From Mizuhopecten yessoensis (taxonomy: Eukaryota): DNA of 64,000 nt. The translations under genes and the position numbers were made by a program. This document shows positions 12,332-24,609 of this stretch, piece after piece; position 1 is the first letter of the stretch, and each line of letters opens with the position of its first letter. The stretch spans positions 417,199 through 481,198 of the forward strand of contig NW_018408080.1 in NCBI RefSeq assembly GCF_002113885.1. Reading direction: 5' to 3'. The notes below the pieces were generated by a model. The model worked only from the letters and a program-made list of their open reading frames with translations. It was not told where the DNA came from and did not search any database.

Positions 12332-14321
12332 NTTATCACTAAGTTAACTAAGGTTGTCCATCTTTTAGTTATTTAAAACATCCTCTATTACTGCGCCACT
12401 ATAATTACATAATTTACTTATAAATCCTCCATGCCTGTAAATAGGTAATATGGTAAGTTGTTAATCTCATTCTCCCATCTGTTTTAATAGTTGAATGTTT
12501 GTCTTTCTAAACGAGGTTTTGTGCACTGAAAAACAAATACAAGATCTAAATGTGTACATTTATTTTTTCTATTTTTGTAACTATTCAAACCAAAAGTAGG
12601 TCTTGTAAAACTCCGAGTAAAAATGATGAAATCTGAATGATTTTTTTTTTTTTAGGTTTAAATAATCTCGTGATAATATTGGAAACCCACCAGAACGTCC
12701 TATCTTCAAAGATATCCTTTATTGTATTTCCAGTGAATGTTCGTGAACAGATTTGATGAAGTTGCTGTGTCGTTTTGGTGATTCGGTTTACTCGCCATAT
12801 TTATATTGTCCATCATATAGGAAAATGTCTGAAAGAATTTCATCATTGCAATGAATACAACGTTAGTTCAAATTGAACTTAGGACTAGCTGTATGAACAA
12901 TTACTTTGCTTATGTTTGTCAAGTATTGAAATTAATTTGCAGAACATGTACCGCGCGTGAAATATTCTGACAAATAATCGTTATAGAAAATATTATTTTT
13001 TATGTAATATGACATACCGTATAAGACATTAGTTTGATTGACTGAGGTATTTTCAATATTACGAGATTCATATTCGAATTTTCCGCATATTATGATTTGG
13101 TTTCGTTTCTATGATTTCCTGTTTTGCATATTGCCTATATGATATATAGGTAGCATTGCTTTAATATTTAAAAAAATCATCATAACATATGGTGTAGGGT
13201 GAAAATGTGTTCCATTTAGTAATAAGTCTACCGAAGATTCCATTTTTACGGCTTTATAAGGTTTTTAACCGTAAAATCAAAGCTGGGGATTAAGAAAATT
13301 GGATAGGTAGAACCATTCTACCATAAGGGTTATCGACTCATAAGCAACACAGGAGATTTCAAAAAGAATAGTGTATTATTAATTCTCAGTCGGAAAATTT
13401 GGTTCAAAGTCTCTCTTTCTTAACGTTAGTAAATAAACTGTATGCATTGCTTGAAAGAAGATAATTAACTGTTACTGTGATCGAAAATATGTTGGAAAAG
13501 ATCTTAAACAACTTCAATGGCTTGCTAGCACTCTGATTTAATAGCGATTGGTTGCATTACTGAACTACTCTTTCAATTGGCTAATTACAAGTCCTCTAAG
13601 ATTTAAACAGCTATTATTTTCTGATAAAAATACAAAATGAAATACATCGAATTCTGCTTCCGGAAATATATACTGGGAAATTTTGACTAGATAGAAATGT
13701 TCATATCTGTGAAAATAATATATCACTAACTACCATGCGTTTTGATGTCAAAGTAAAGTCAACGGAAAAACAAAACTCAATTTAAACGAAAAATCTTTAT
13801 TTTAAAGCATAGATATATGTTAAAAAATCTGAAAACCCATATGTAGATAAAATGAATATTGTAAATTTGTATAAATGTAAACGACAATAATTATTCATCG
13901 GACATTTAAAGGTTGGCATGCAATGTACATTAACGAGGTAGAATGGACTTCATTGTCTCTTGACATTTAACAAATATAATAAACACTTAAATAGACCATA
14001 GCCAGTTTGTGTTTACAACACTGTAAAATAAATACCTGTCAACGATTTCGTCAAGCAAGATATGCTTGGATGAAATCACTTGTCTGTCTGAACGATAAAA
14101 ACGTCAATCTGAGTATCACAACAGTAATTTCCCAAACGGATTTACAGTGTTTTAATAAGTAATTCGTACTTAAATGCACTGCATTCTGATCCTCGAAAGA
14201 CCGCCTTTCTCTTCTTTCCCCTTCTAGGCAAATATTTAAAGAAACTTCGATAAAGATTTTTTCAGAATATGTGATTCAATGCCATCTTCACGACTACGGC
14301 TAAAACGTCCATGTAAACCAT

Positions 14322-16244
14322 TTATTTCGGCATTCGTTCATGACTTGTGAAGTGCGTACCATGTTCATGGATATGTTCAAAGTCGGTAGGCATTTTCTGA
14401 TTGTCAGGAATAAACGCATTGTGGGGTTGAGCATTTACTGGTTGGAAGTCTTGGGGCATTTTTTCGGTTGGGTTTGACGTCATGTCTCGTTGATTTGGAC
14501 TCATCTCTTCTGTATTGTGTTCAGCAGATTCCATTATATCTTCCCTGGATGAATAAATTTCTGGCATTTTCTCTGTGTCTAAAATTGGTATTTCCGGTTG
14601 ATTATCTTGAACGTCTTCATTTGTATCAACAGCGTCTTCGATTGGTACGAATGTTTTGGGCATTTTCTCAGTTTCAGGTGAACTTTCTGCTCTTTGATGT
14701 TCCTGAATTTCTTCCATATCAATTTCATTTTGATTGGAGTCAAGGACACTTACCAATGATTCCAATACCTCGGACATTTTTTTCAGTTCAGGCCGTAATA
14801 GTTTTGCATTCTCATTGTTCGTGGCCATTTTTTCTGTTTCAGAAATACTTTCACCGTCACTAGACCCATACTGTTCCATCATTTGCTCAGTGGAGACGAC
14901 AGTTCGATTGCCTAGCTTAGATTTAGGTTTCTCCTTACAAACACATGCAACTGATACTTTCTGTTCAGCAATCATATAATCATAAATACCGTTTGTACAC
15001 CCCACCCTCATGATAACAGGGATATACCGGTAGACGGACTCACAAATGTACTTATGATGTCGTCTACGGCGCATGGCACAACGTTCGCAGCGACACCTGT
15101 TTTGAAGGATGTCAGATGGTGTTCGCCTTTCGTCTCTGTCAAGTTCCTGGTACGTCGGGCACAATGAAAAGCTATTTTGGCTAGATAGCAAGCTTCTTGG
15201 CGGACAATTTTGTTCGTCCCTGCGTTAAAATAACAAAATCAAATATAGAAATTGTTATTTACAAACTGTTCAACCCCCAAAAAATTAAAACATTGTCACC
15301 AAGTGTAAACAAAGCTGGAATTCGGAGTCGTTGCGACATGAACACAAAAACAAGAACATACCGAAGTATCAAGAAAACCCGTATTGAACTCAAAATATGA
15401 ACAAACGAAAGATTTACATTGAAAAAGAAGAAAAAATTACTATGAACAAAACCTAACATTAGACTTAACGGGAAGACACAAAATATTTCAACATATGAAG
15501 CATAAATGATCGTCGAACGCATACAATATATACCGTTAAACGTTATCAACAAAGCATACCAATGACATTTATTGAGTATTTTTTACAATTTTATTTTCCC
15601 TTTATATTTACTTACTGTTTTGTCACTTCATCGATTTGTACATGTGCCTCAGACATGTAAACAAAATCCTCCAGTACACTCCTGCGCATCAGGCTCAAAT
15701 AATCATCGTCTGGTTCACGACACTCTTGTCGTGTTGGTAAAGGGTCCCCTCGTGCAATTGTAAGAAATAGTGAAATCTACGAAATACACAACGTTGTTAG
15801 TGTTAAGTGTTCATTCAAATAAACGAGAAAGCTATATTGTATTGGATATTTCATCCACAAGCTGAGAACTAAGTCGATTTGTATATGCCGGAACAAGCAA
15901 ACAAGCGTCAAGTATATCAATAGCATGTTGTATATTACCAAAGGAAAATTGTAAAATTAAACACCATACTCAGACGAGGAAAGGTGATAAAGTAAACATT
16001 GTATATTAGTTTATGGTGTTCTAACCCAATGATTTTCTCAATAATCATACGCTCTATAGCTAAACATAATGTTAAATACCACATTACTGATCTTATCATT
16101 TATAGAAACTTGTCACTTTCATTAATCTACAATTCCAATCTTTATGAGTGAAAATAAAGACATCTAGTTCACTTTGATATATATATCAGGTTATTGAAGC
16201 GATCGTTAGCTACATTGTACCTGCAATACACGTAGCAAAGTCAT
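14322..16244 (-). CDS. IL17: Interleukin-17-like cytokine B with long acidic repeat tail, 360 aa; exons 16244-16221, 15776-15616, 15219-14322
   Basis: The spliced product is MTLLRVLQ|ISLFLTIARGDPLPTRQECREPD...VTK|QDEQNCPPRS...LCPTY...RRTP...RCRCERC...C...IPVIMR..C...VSVACVC, then 204 aa. Junctions are GT-AG with phases 0 and 2 as in gene A. Signal peptide and the same 10 Cys. Confidence 0.9.
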
Positions 16245-16319
16245 AGTGTTTTCTCAAGTGTATTCTTCAACTTCTAGTCAGAACAATTTCAGTAATGATT
16301 CAATCCAATTTTTCAGTTC

Positions 16320-16402
16320 TTTTATAGACCAATTCGAGAATTCCCAAAATAAATGTTTGCTAATAAAAGAGCTTCCTCCCTATTCCTAGTATGGGAAAAT
16401 CC
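16320..16402 (-). promoter_or_regulatory. IL-17-like B core promoter: TATAAAA plus two NF-kB-like sites
   Basis: TATAAAA (minus strand) at 16320-16326, GGGAATTCTC (minus strand) at 16336-16345 and GGGAAAATCC (plus strand) at 16393-16402. Confidence 0.6.
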
Positions 16403-17307
16403 TTGTCCATTCAGATTTAGAGTGGAGCAATTATGTTTTAAACATGAAGAGCAATTATTTCGAATAGCCGCAAGAATGAGTACACACCCAATGAGAGGAC
16501 ATCCTTAAAATAACGTGTAGCACAGTACAGAAACAAATCCACATATTTCCGGATGGTATCTGCTCATTGATCATCTACTGAATTAGTATCTGTCGAGTAT
16601 ATTAAGAGTGTATATTTATATATAAAAAAAGTTTTATTGCAGAAATATGTCATTTGGAATCTAATTCATCATTTTGTTAGAACAATATGAAACGTTGAGA
16701 AAAAATTGAACGATACAATTGCAATAACGTTTACCATGGTAGAACATCTCATTATAAAAAAAAAGAAAAAGAAACCTAAAAAAGTGACAGAAAATTATCT
16801 TCTTGGTACTCAGTTATAATACGCAGATCAATTTTAATCGATAGTGGAGTCGATACTGATGTAATACATTAGCAAAAAGCGATCACGACGATTTTACCAA
16901 TCTATAACACTATTAATAAAGCCATAATTAATCATCTCCCACAACCACTATAAGTTACCTCACTCAATGGAATAAACTGTTAGAAGTTGGTTAACATTTT
17001 TGGTTACCCACTAATGGGTAACACCCTGGACGTTATTTCGATGGTCAAACTTCTAATTATAACATCAAGTATTCATGCTATTCGACGTCATCATCAGTTG
17101 TGACGTCATAGTTTATGGAAATGTTTCCCCCGAGTTATTGAACAGCAGTCAATGCAACTGCAGGCCTATCTTTTGATTGCTGTAACCAACTTCGTGTAAG
17201 CTTCAAAAATCAGTGATATACATTTGACTTTGAATTCACATGTTTTGATGAACTGCTCGAAAGGGACTGGGAGGAAATAGTATTTATGTTATACCAGACG
17301 AGTAAAT

Positions 17308-17537
17308 GTTTTGAAGAAAGGTCTCACTAGTTTTGATTTTACAGTTGTTTGAAGAAAGGTCTCACTAGTTCTGATTTTACAATTGTTTGAAGAAAGGTCT
17401 CACTAGTTCTGATTTTACAATTGTTTGAAGAAAGGTCTCACTAGTTCTGATTTTACAATTGTTTGAAGAAAGGTCTCACTAGTTCTGATTTTACAATTGT
17501 TTGAAGAAAGGTCTTACTAGTTCTGATTTTACAATTG
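17308..17537. repeat. 38-bp minisatellite, 6 copies (TTGTTTGAAGAAAGGTCTCACTAGTTCTGATTTTACAA)
   Basis: GAAGAAAGG recurs at 17313, 17351, 17389, 17427, 17465 and 17503. Confidence 0.95.
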
Positions 17538-18552
17538 AATACGCTTCCGTTTGTTTGTTGCAATGCTGTTTGTATTCACACCATCCACACAGACAATGTA
17601 AGATAATCATTATTTTATTTTAGCCATTAATTTAGCTCAGAGCATAAGGACATGATTACAATTAAAAAAACACCAAACAAACAGCATATAAACAACGTTA
17701 GTCGAACGTGAAATCTAGACTGTTCCGAGGTTAGCTTATTCGGAATATCTGAGTAAATACGAAAAAGAGATGATGTTTGATATAAGATATGGCTTCATTT
17801 GTACGATATTTACCAGACATCACTGGTGTATTGGGGCCACCCATGCACCCTAACTACTTCCTCTTTTCTACAGTGCGTAACCCGCTGAATAAGTTTTTGG
17901 CTTTTATCTCAATTTTTTAAAAACATTTCAGTACTTGCAAAAGATTGAAACATTTCTTTAATAAAATGACAGTAGATTTTGTTATTGCAGAGTGCCGCAT
18001 CTTAGAAAACATATATTTATCTGACGAATCACTTGCAAAGGTGCTTTGGGGTTAGGATAGAGCTGTCCCTATTTGAAACATCAGTATCGTGGGATTGTAG
18101 ATTATGTTTATCCACTATTCATTGAACAATGAAAGCTGATGAAATCATTTAAATGACGTCACATATTGAAATTTGATTACGTCATATATAGCAGGGTGAT
18201 TTGTCAGAAAAATATTTTTGTTTTGTTTTCGCTGAAACAATTCTTTCTAAAGGAATTTTACACAGAAATATCTGAGAGAAGCAACTTAAGGTTTTTTGCA
18301 GATGTGAGGTGTATATGAAAATTCCTGGTTTTTAAATATTTATTTTACGAGACCTTTGACACACCTATATCATGATTGCCATTTCGCTCACACATCTTTT
18401 CTGGAAATGATAAGCCTCGATTTATGCAGGATGTAAAAGTATTTGTAACTTTGTCCAACCGACACAACAAGGAACTTCACGGTACACTGAAGGTCAATTT
18501 AATTACGGCAACATTTTACAGACTAAATGAAAAGAATATAACTAGTTTACAT

Positions 18553-18910
18553 AATAATAAATAATATATAATAATTCGAGGTTCTTATATACGGCTTCAT
18601 CACAACCTAGTTCGTAGGTTGTCTCAAAGCGGTTCACAAATTATTATCCGTGGTTATAGGGCCTTTGCAACAAGCAAATATTTTTCTCAACTCCCTGGGG
18701 AGCATACGGGTAGTGCTGCCATTTCGGCGCTCACAACTAGCATTCAACAATTCTAGCACTGCCCAACCACGTAATAATTTACAGCTGAATACACTAGACA
18801 AGCGGAGTAAAGTATCTTGCTCAAAGATACAACACAGCGCCGTGCCGTGACTCGAACCCGCAACCCTTCGGTCACGACCCGACGTCCTACCACTAGTCTA
18901 CCGTGCCTCC
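18553..18910 (-). mobile_element. tRNA-derived CORE-type SINE with LINE-like tail
   Basis: Minus strand: GGAGGCACGGTAGACTAGTGG (A box), GGTTCGAGTC (B box), CORE-like TGTATCTTTGAGCAAGATACTTTAC...CAGCTGTAAA, then a tail CGCTTTGAG...TATATAAGAA...(TTA)n. Confidence 0.8.
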
Positions 18911-19149
18911 ATGATAACGTAACGTAATTAACGTAATAAGACTAGTTGCCCATCCAAAAAGTAGGGCCTTTGATAAGCAATGTTCAGAGATACATTACGT
19001 ACGAGAATACATGCTTTTTACCTTGATCATTATATGATCTATTGATTGATTACACATTTAAGCCTTTCAGGTATTTAAAGGACTTCATTTGAAGAAAACA
19101 TTTTGCATGTACATGGTCACACCTTTTATTGTGTTTTGCTTGTTGGTTA

Positions 19150-19530
19150 AAAATGATTAGAAAACAATCATCACCAAGATTATTAACAATATATTTGATG
19201 AGAGAGTCAGTAATGGACTCTTTGTACCAGATAATTCATCAAGATATCGCGGTCATTCACAAAACATAGAGATCAACCATTATAATTTTGATCTCAAAAA
19301 CTTCAGCATTTACAGGACAGTAAGAATATGGAACAGTTTTCCACAGAGAGTTATACACTCAACTTCAATTAAATAATTCGAGGACAATTTATATGAACAC
19401 TGGAAAAATAGTTTTTACATGTATGATCAAATTGAATGTTAACGAATTATATGTATGTATTGTATCATTGATATGTGAAGAGGCAGATATTTGCCTGCGT
19501 TCGTCTCTTTTCTATTAAATCCCATTAAAG
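19150..19530 (+). mobile_element. CR1-type LINE 3' fragment (decayed ORF2 C-terminus)
   Basis: Translates as SSRYRGHSQNI...YRTVRIWNSFPQRVIHSTSIK*FEDNLYEHW, matching the CR1 ORF2 tail pattern RGH...RxVxxWNxLPxxVVxxxSxxxFKxxLDxxW. Contains an in-frame stop. Confidence 0.75.
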
Positions 19531-21614
19531 TGTTTGTTCATAGTTAGCAAGGGGTGATTGTCAGCCAATGAAGACATCACAATTATTTCGTTAGATATAG
19601 TTTTTGTATGGATGAGGCAATGATATCATATACTGTTAAATCATAAGTAAACACATCACAATAACTATCACCACTGGTCATTGGTAAAATTTATAGGCTT
19701 TGAAAAATTGTAAACTACATTCAACGGATTAAGAAAAAAATATAAACAATTATAAAATAAAAATGGGTTTCACAAAAAAACACGTCGAAAGCTTGTTGTA
19801 ACAGTCCATATATTAAGTGAAAATTTGACTGTTATCTTTATTCTTACCAAAAATGAAATGCTATTTCGTATTTATCTTCATAATCAATTTGTGAGAACGA
19901 AGTGTGTCAAAATGTTTAATGTAAGACTGTTTTTATGATGCAGGAAATACACTTCCTAAGTGCAAAGAAAACATATTTTTTATTGAATTAAAACCACAAA
20001 CTTGATCTGTTTATGTCAACATATCGATCAAATATCAACATTAAGATATGTATTTCAGAAGATATACGATATTGTTATAATCTATTAAAAGCTTAATAAT
20101 GAGTCACTACGCACAATCACCACGCTATCTACAGAAAGATACCCTCCCCCGCCCCTTAAGCATTTTAATAATATTTAGAATATGCAGAAGCAGTAGCAGG
20201 AACAGATATTCAGTGAAAATGAAGCAAATATATTATGTTCACGAAAACGAAAACTTCCACCAATTAACACCGATCTGCTAAGTTCGGAACAAGGTAATGT
20301 CGGATGGTCATCAATGACATCCAAACTAACAATGCATAACATTGTAAGCTTAAGCTAGTATTTAAAGCATGTTTACAACCGAAATGATCTGAACCATACA
20401 CGTTCTTTCAACATTAGCAATTGATTCTAATATAGGAATATAGGAATATAGGAATGTTTTATCTAGATAAAAAATACACATAAACGAATCCTTAAGCTGA
20501 CACAACTTTGTTTATTCTGTCGTTCGAACTGAGATGTCTGTATCATATATAGATACTGACATATTACTTTGTACCTGAACTACCTACTTCCTTATTAAGA
20601 TATCACTTGAATGAAAGTATACGAGTCCTGCGTTACTTTCCTCATACGATAGGAGAAACAACCAATAAAGAGAAATTCTGATCTTAGGAAGTCAATACGT
20701 CATTATTGAAGTTACTGACGTCATGCTACTGTCATGTGATTATTAGGTATGTGAAAATGAGTTCTAAAAATGAAGCACTGTGATAGATGCTTTACAATAG
20801 CTCGAAGATAGGGCTTTTGAATAAATTAAACAAATATCTTGGGGGTTCCCTGGCAGTTTTAGATGTGATGCAATCAATGGTGTTTTCCAGCAACCTGGAA
20901 GTTAGTGCATCAGTTTAAGGATTTTAGGCGAATAGCATTACTTCCCTTTCAACGTAAAGCACATCGATGTATTAGGTCAATCTAGATTTAAATCATACCT
21001 TTTCTTAAAAGATTCTCAGATCATTGCTGTGTTGAAGATATCTATAATTATTTAACTAGTTATTAATTGAGAATTATTATTATTAATTCTTTTTTTTATT
21101 AATAAATATAAACTGATATTTTCCCGGTTAAAACCCAAATCGACATACCATATTAAAATGATCTTAATACATTCATAATATCTGAAAAAATCAAATTTTC
21201 ATAAATGTAAATTACATATAAAAGTCAGGTCCATTCAGCAAAAGAAAAATCGCTTGACATTGTTTGAACTCGGGTGTGTCAGAGGTCAGGTGTCTGATAC
21301 ACGGCGGTTTCTAAAACTACTTGTTTCGAACCTCTCTTTCAGCTCTTAAATTAACTAAATTTTATTTTAAGGATGAGCCCTTTTTGAAAGCATACATTTT
21401 CCATATCTAATTTAAGGCGATATATTTCTATTTAAAATGAAATAATGAACAGTAGTAAAAATACATCCATCCTGTTATTTAAAATCGAAAAGTAACAAGA
21501 TATAATGAAGTTACAATTCAATGCTTAATTAAAGAAGGATGTGTATTTTTGATAACAAAAAATACATTGAGTTCATTATGATTGATACTTTTGAGTTTTT
21601 TTAACAATATCAAA

Positions 21615-21823
21615 TACTGTATAACACAAAATATTCTTTAGTACTTAAGTTGTTTGAAACCATTTAGATGGCTTTGTGGTACAAACTTTCGTGGATATCC
21701 TATATTAACAAACAGTAGACACGTATATCATCCGAATTCGTTTTTATTTATTTTCGTCGTTCAATACCAACGACCAAAAGCCACGAGTGATTATACACAA
21801 CGAACATTGAATGTTATACAGTA
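21615..21823. mobile_element. MITE with TACTGT...ACAGTA ends (TA target)
   Basis: Perfect 12-bp inverted ends TACTGTATAACA / TGTTATACAGTA, with subterminal TTTCGTGG / CCACGA motifs. Confidence 0.7.
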
Positions 21824-24149
21824 GCACGTGATAATCACCATAGGACAAACAAGGACCGATTTGTTATCATTGGTGAAGATGATATTTCCTTCAGTTTCAT
21901 TGTTTGACTGTGTATATTGGTGTAAACTACCGTCAAATCAGGTGAGTAGTAAAGTAATGTAAGAAAGATGGCCTACCCATCCATAAATATCTAGTGATAT
22001 CATATTACGATACGTATCAAATGAAATGCATACTAAATACTCTGCCGGGAATACTACAATACATTTCACCAGGAACGATTTTACTCATATGATGTCTAAA
22101 ATTGACAAAATTTATGATGTGTAAAAGAAAAAAAGACTGCTTCTCAGGAAGTAAATTATGACTCAACATTGTTTTAATGAGTAATGATAAGGAAACCTGC
22201 ATCTGCTTTGATATTTATGTAATATCAGATGTAGATACAAATGTATATAAATGCATAGCTTATAAATATATGTAACACCAGAACACCTGGTATAATCTTT
22301 TTTTCTATTTAACTATTTTCAAGCGACTCCGTGTGATTCATTCCTTTATTCATATTTTCCATTATTAAATCAATTCTACTTATGATTTACGTTCCCTCTA
22401 CACTGAAGTAGTTTAACGAACTAAGAAAAATGAAGTCATCTTCTGAATTCGTGTCCAACTGCTTTGTTATTTTCCTTATATAAAGTAACCTTTCCTTCAA
22501 TTTCGTTTTGGATTTATTCATCTTAACCATAAATCCATTATTTATAAATATAGTAAAAAAAATGTTTTGTTTTAACATATGTGAGAGGTTTTCGGTATAT
22601 ATTTTATATTGTATGATAAGTTATATTCAATAATTTATTTGCATGCATCTATGAATTTTTATAATATAACAACTCGATATAAACAAAAAGCATGATAAAT
22701 AAAAAATGCAGCATAAAATGAATATGTACCACAACTCTGAAACCATACAGTAAACACACGTTTTGTTTGAGCTTAACTGCGATATGCGGACGAGATGAAT
22801 AAAGACATGTAATATATAATTCAAGTCGTGTACACCTGCACCTGTTTTTAGACGTGTTATATTCCCGGTCAATACATGACGAATTTGTGACACTTAGTTG
22901 TTCTGCCTAAATAGGAACGATATGATGAAAATTGGTGCTCAACATCCCATGACTGGTTACAAAGAATCAAGCATCAGATCATTTCGTTTTAACATGCTTT
23001 TGTCATGGTTAACGAACGTTTCATATATCTAGAATATGTCCGCATTAAACATTACCTGTACGTTTCATATTTTATAAAAAGAGATTTTCTAACGATTTGT
23101 GGCTAGGTATTTAGTTCGATTTTTACTGCTTATGTTTTTTTCACACTTACATTTGCACTTAATTTGTCTTATGAATGAGCCAGAGTCTATTTGTAACTAC
23201 AACATCCGATGAGGCTAAGTTCACTAGCATTAGGAAGTAAGTAGCGTTCGAACTTTGCGACCTGTATACGTAAGGCACTTTTCTTTATTGAATCACCATG
23301 ATACGTTGACTTCGTTTCACTTTGTTTAATATTAATGAGTGTTGTTATGTTACACGGTCACAATCCTGAAAAATGTAAATTTACTTAACTTAGCGTATAT
23401 TTTACATTAACATACCAGTGTTAAGTGTAGTGGCCTACCTATTGACAATCTCCTCAATCTGAATATTTACACGCCAAGGCAAATATTTAATCGCAACACA
23501 TCCGTCAATTACATATTCGGTTTAGTAATTTGATATTGATACGTGTATTGTGAAACCTACTCTTTCCTTTCTGTTGTGTTTTCCGACCATCGTGTTTCAA
23601 AATATATGTATACACTTTGTATATGAAATATCCCCATTAGAGAAAGTAACAAGAGTTAAAAGGATTTTCCCAAGATTTATTTGATTTGTGTTTAAGGCCA
23701 ACCATGTGTAAAGGAAAACGGGCGGAACAATTATAAGTTTATCGTATGCTACTATTGGTGACGGGGTTAAAAAGTATCAAACACATTCGCGGTTTTCATC
23801 CCCCTTCCAAAACGAAGTCCGGAAAGCTTGAACCAATCAGAAAACAATGTCCGGAGAGTATTAACCAATCAGAATAAAAGAAGTGTTCGAGCCGTAACTA
23901 ATTTGCGCACATAACACCAATCTTCAAACTTGATCATTAATAAATAGTTGAAATTGTGTCGATAAAGCAATACCTTAATGAACACAGCAAAGGTGTACCG
24001 TGGCCAAAAAAACATCCTTTTATTCTATGTACTCTTCGTTTGTATTAAAAGATCTACGGCTTTGAATGAAGTGAATAGAAAGAAATGTTCTGATTGGTCA
24101 GTTCCGAAAGTGATATTTTCACGCTTGAAATATAATATTTGATATAAAA

Positions 24150-24609
24150 TAATAATAACATGCAACATTTGATATAGCGCCCATCTCGCTAACATAAGTC
24201 ACTCTAAAGCGATTTACAGTGCATTGATATACAATGAATGCAATTAGCATATACATTAATCAATACAATTTTGAGGAATTCCACGAAGCTGCCTTATCAG
24301 GCGCTAACTACTAGTGCTATGCCACTTGGCTAATATCTCCAAATGTGTGTATGCCTGCGTGTTGTGATGTGTTCTGTTTGTAGTGAGAATGTGCTTCCAA
24401 CAGCATCATTTATAGTGCAACCTCAAATACTACAGCACAGATACCGCAACATCCAGCCCAGACCAATTCATACTCCACCTGGGTTGTTGGAGTTTTGTGG
24501 GAAGGAGAAAACATTTTCTCTGGATATCCATACGTACAACGACTTTGGGGATGGAATCCCGGCCGCCTGCGTGGAAGGCCAGAGTGTTAACCACTCGACC
24601 AATCCTCCC
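24150..24609 (-). mobile_element. tRNA-derived SINE (central domain possibly Meta-like)
   Basis: Minus-strand head GGGAGGATTGGTCGAGTGGTTAACAC...CCGGGATTCCATCCC. Central TTTATAGTG motif shared with the SINE at ~37970. Tail GTAAATCGCTTTAGAG...GCGCTATATCAAATG...(TTA)n. Confidence 0.7.

Noticed and set aside
12297-12332. Poly-T tract as a retrocopy tail (also poly-C at ~46505-46515)
   Set aside because: Each is next to an 'n', suggesting contig joins or low-quality homopolymers. No TSD or associated ORF.
14468-14979. Plus-strand ORFs of 131 and 81 aa
   Set aside because: Antisense shadows of the IL-17 B tail exon, with no recognisable motifs.
17308-17537. CRISPR-like 38-bp repeats
   Set aside because: Head-to-tail copies without spacers; an ordinary minisatellite.
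17084-20723. CRE (TGACGTCA) cluster upstream of IL-17 B at 17101, 18154 and 20716
   Set aside because: The same 8-mer also occurs in introns and intergenic DNA elsewhere in the window (e.g. ~39535, ~43675, ~50638), so enrichment is not demonstrated.
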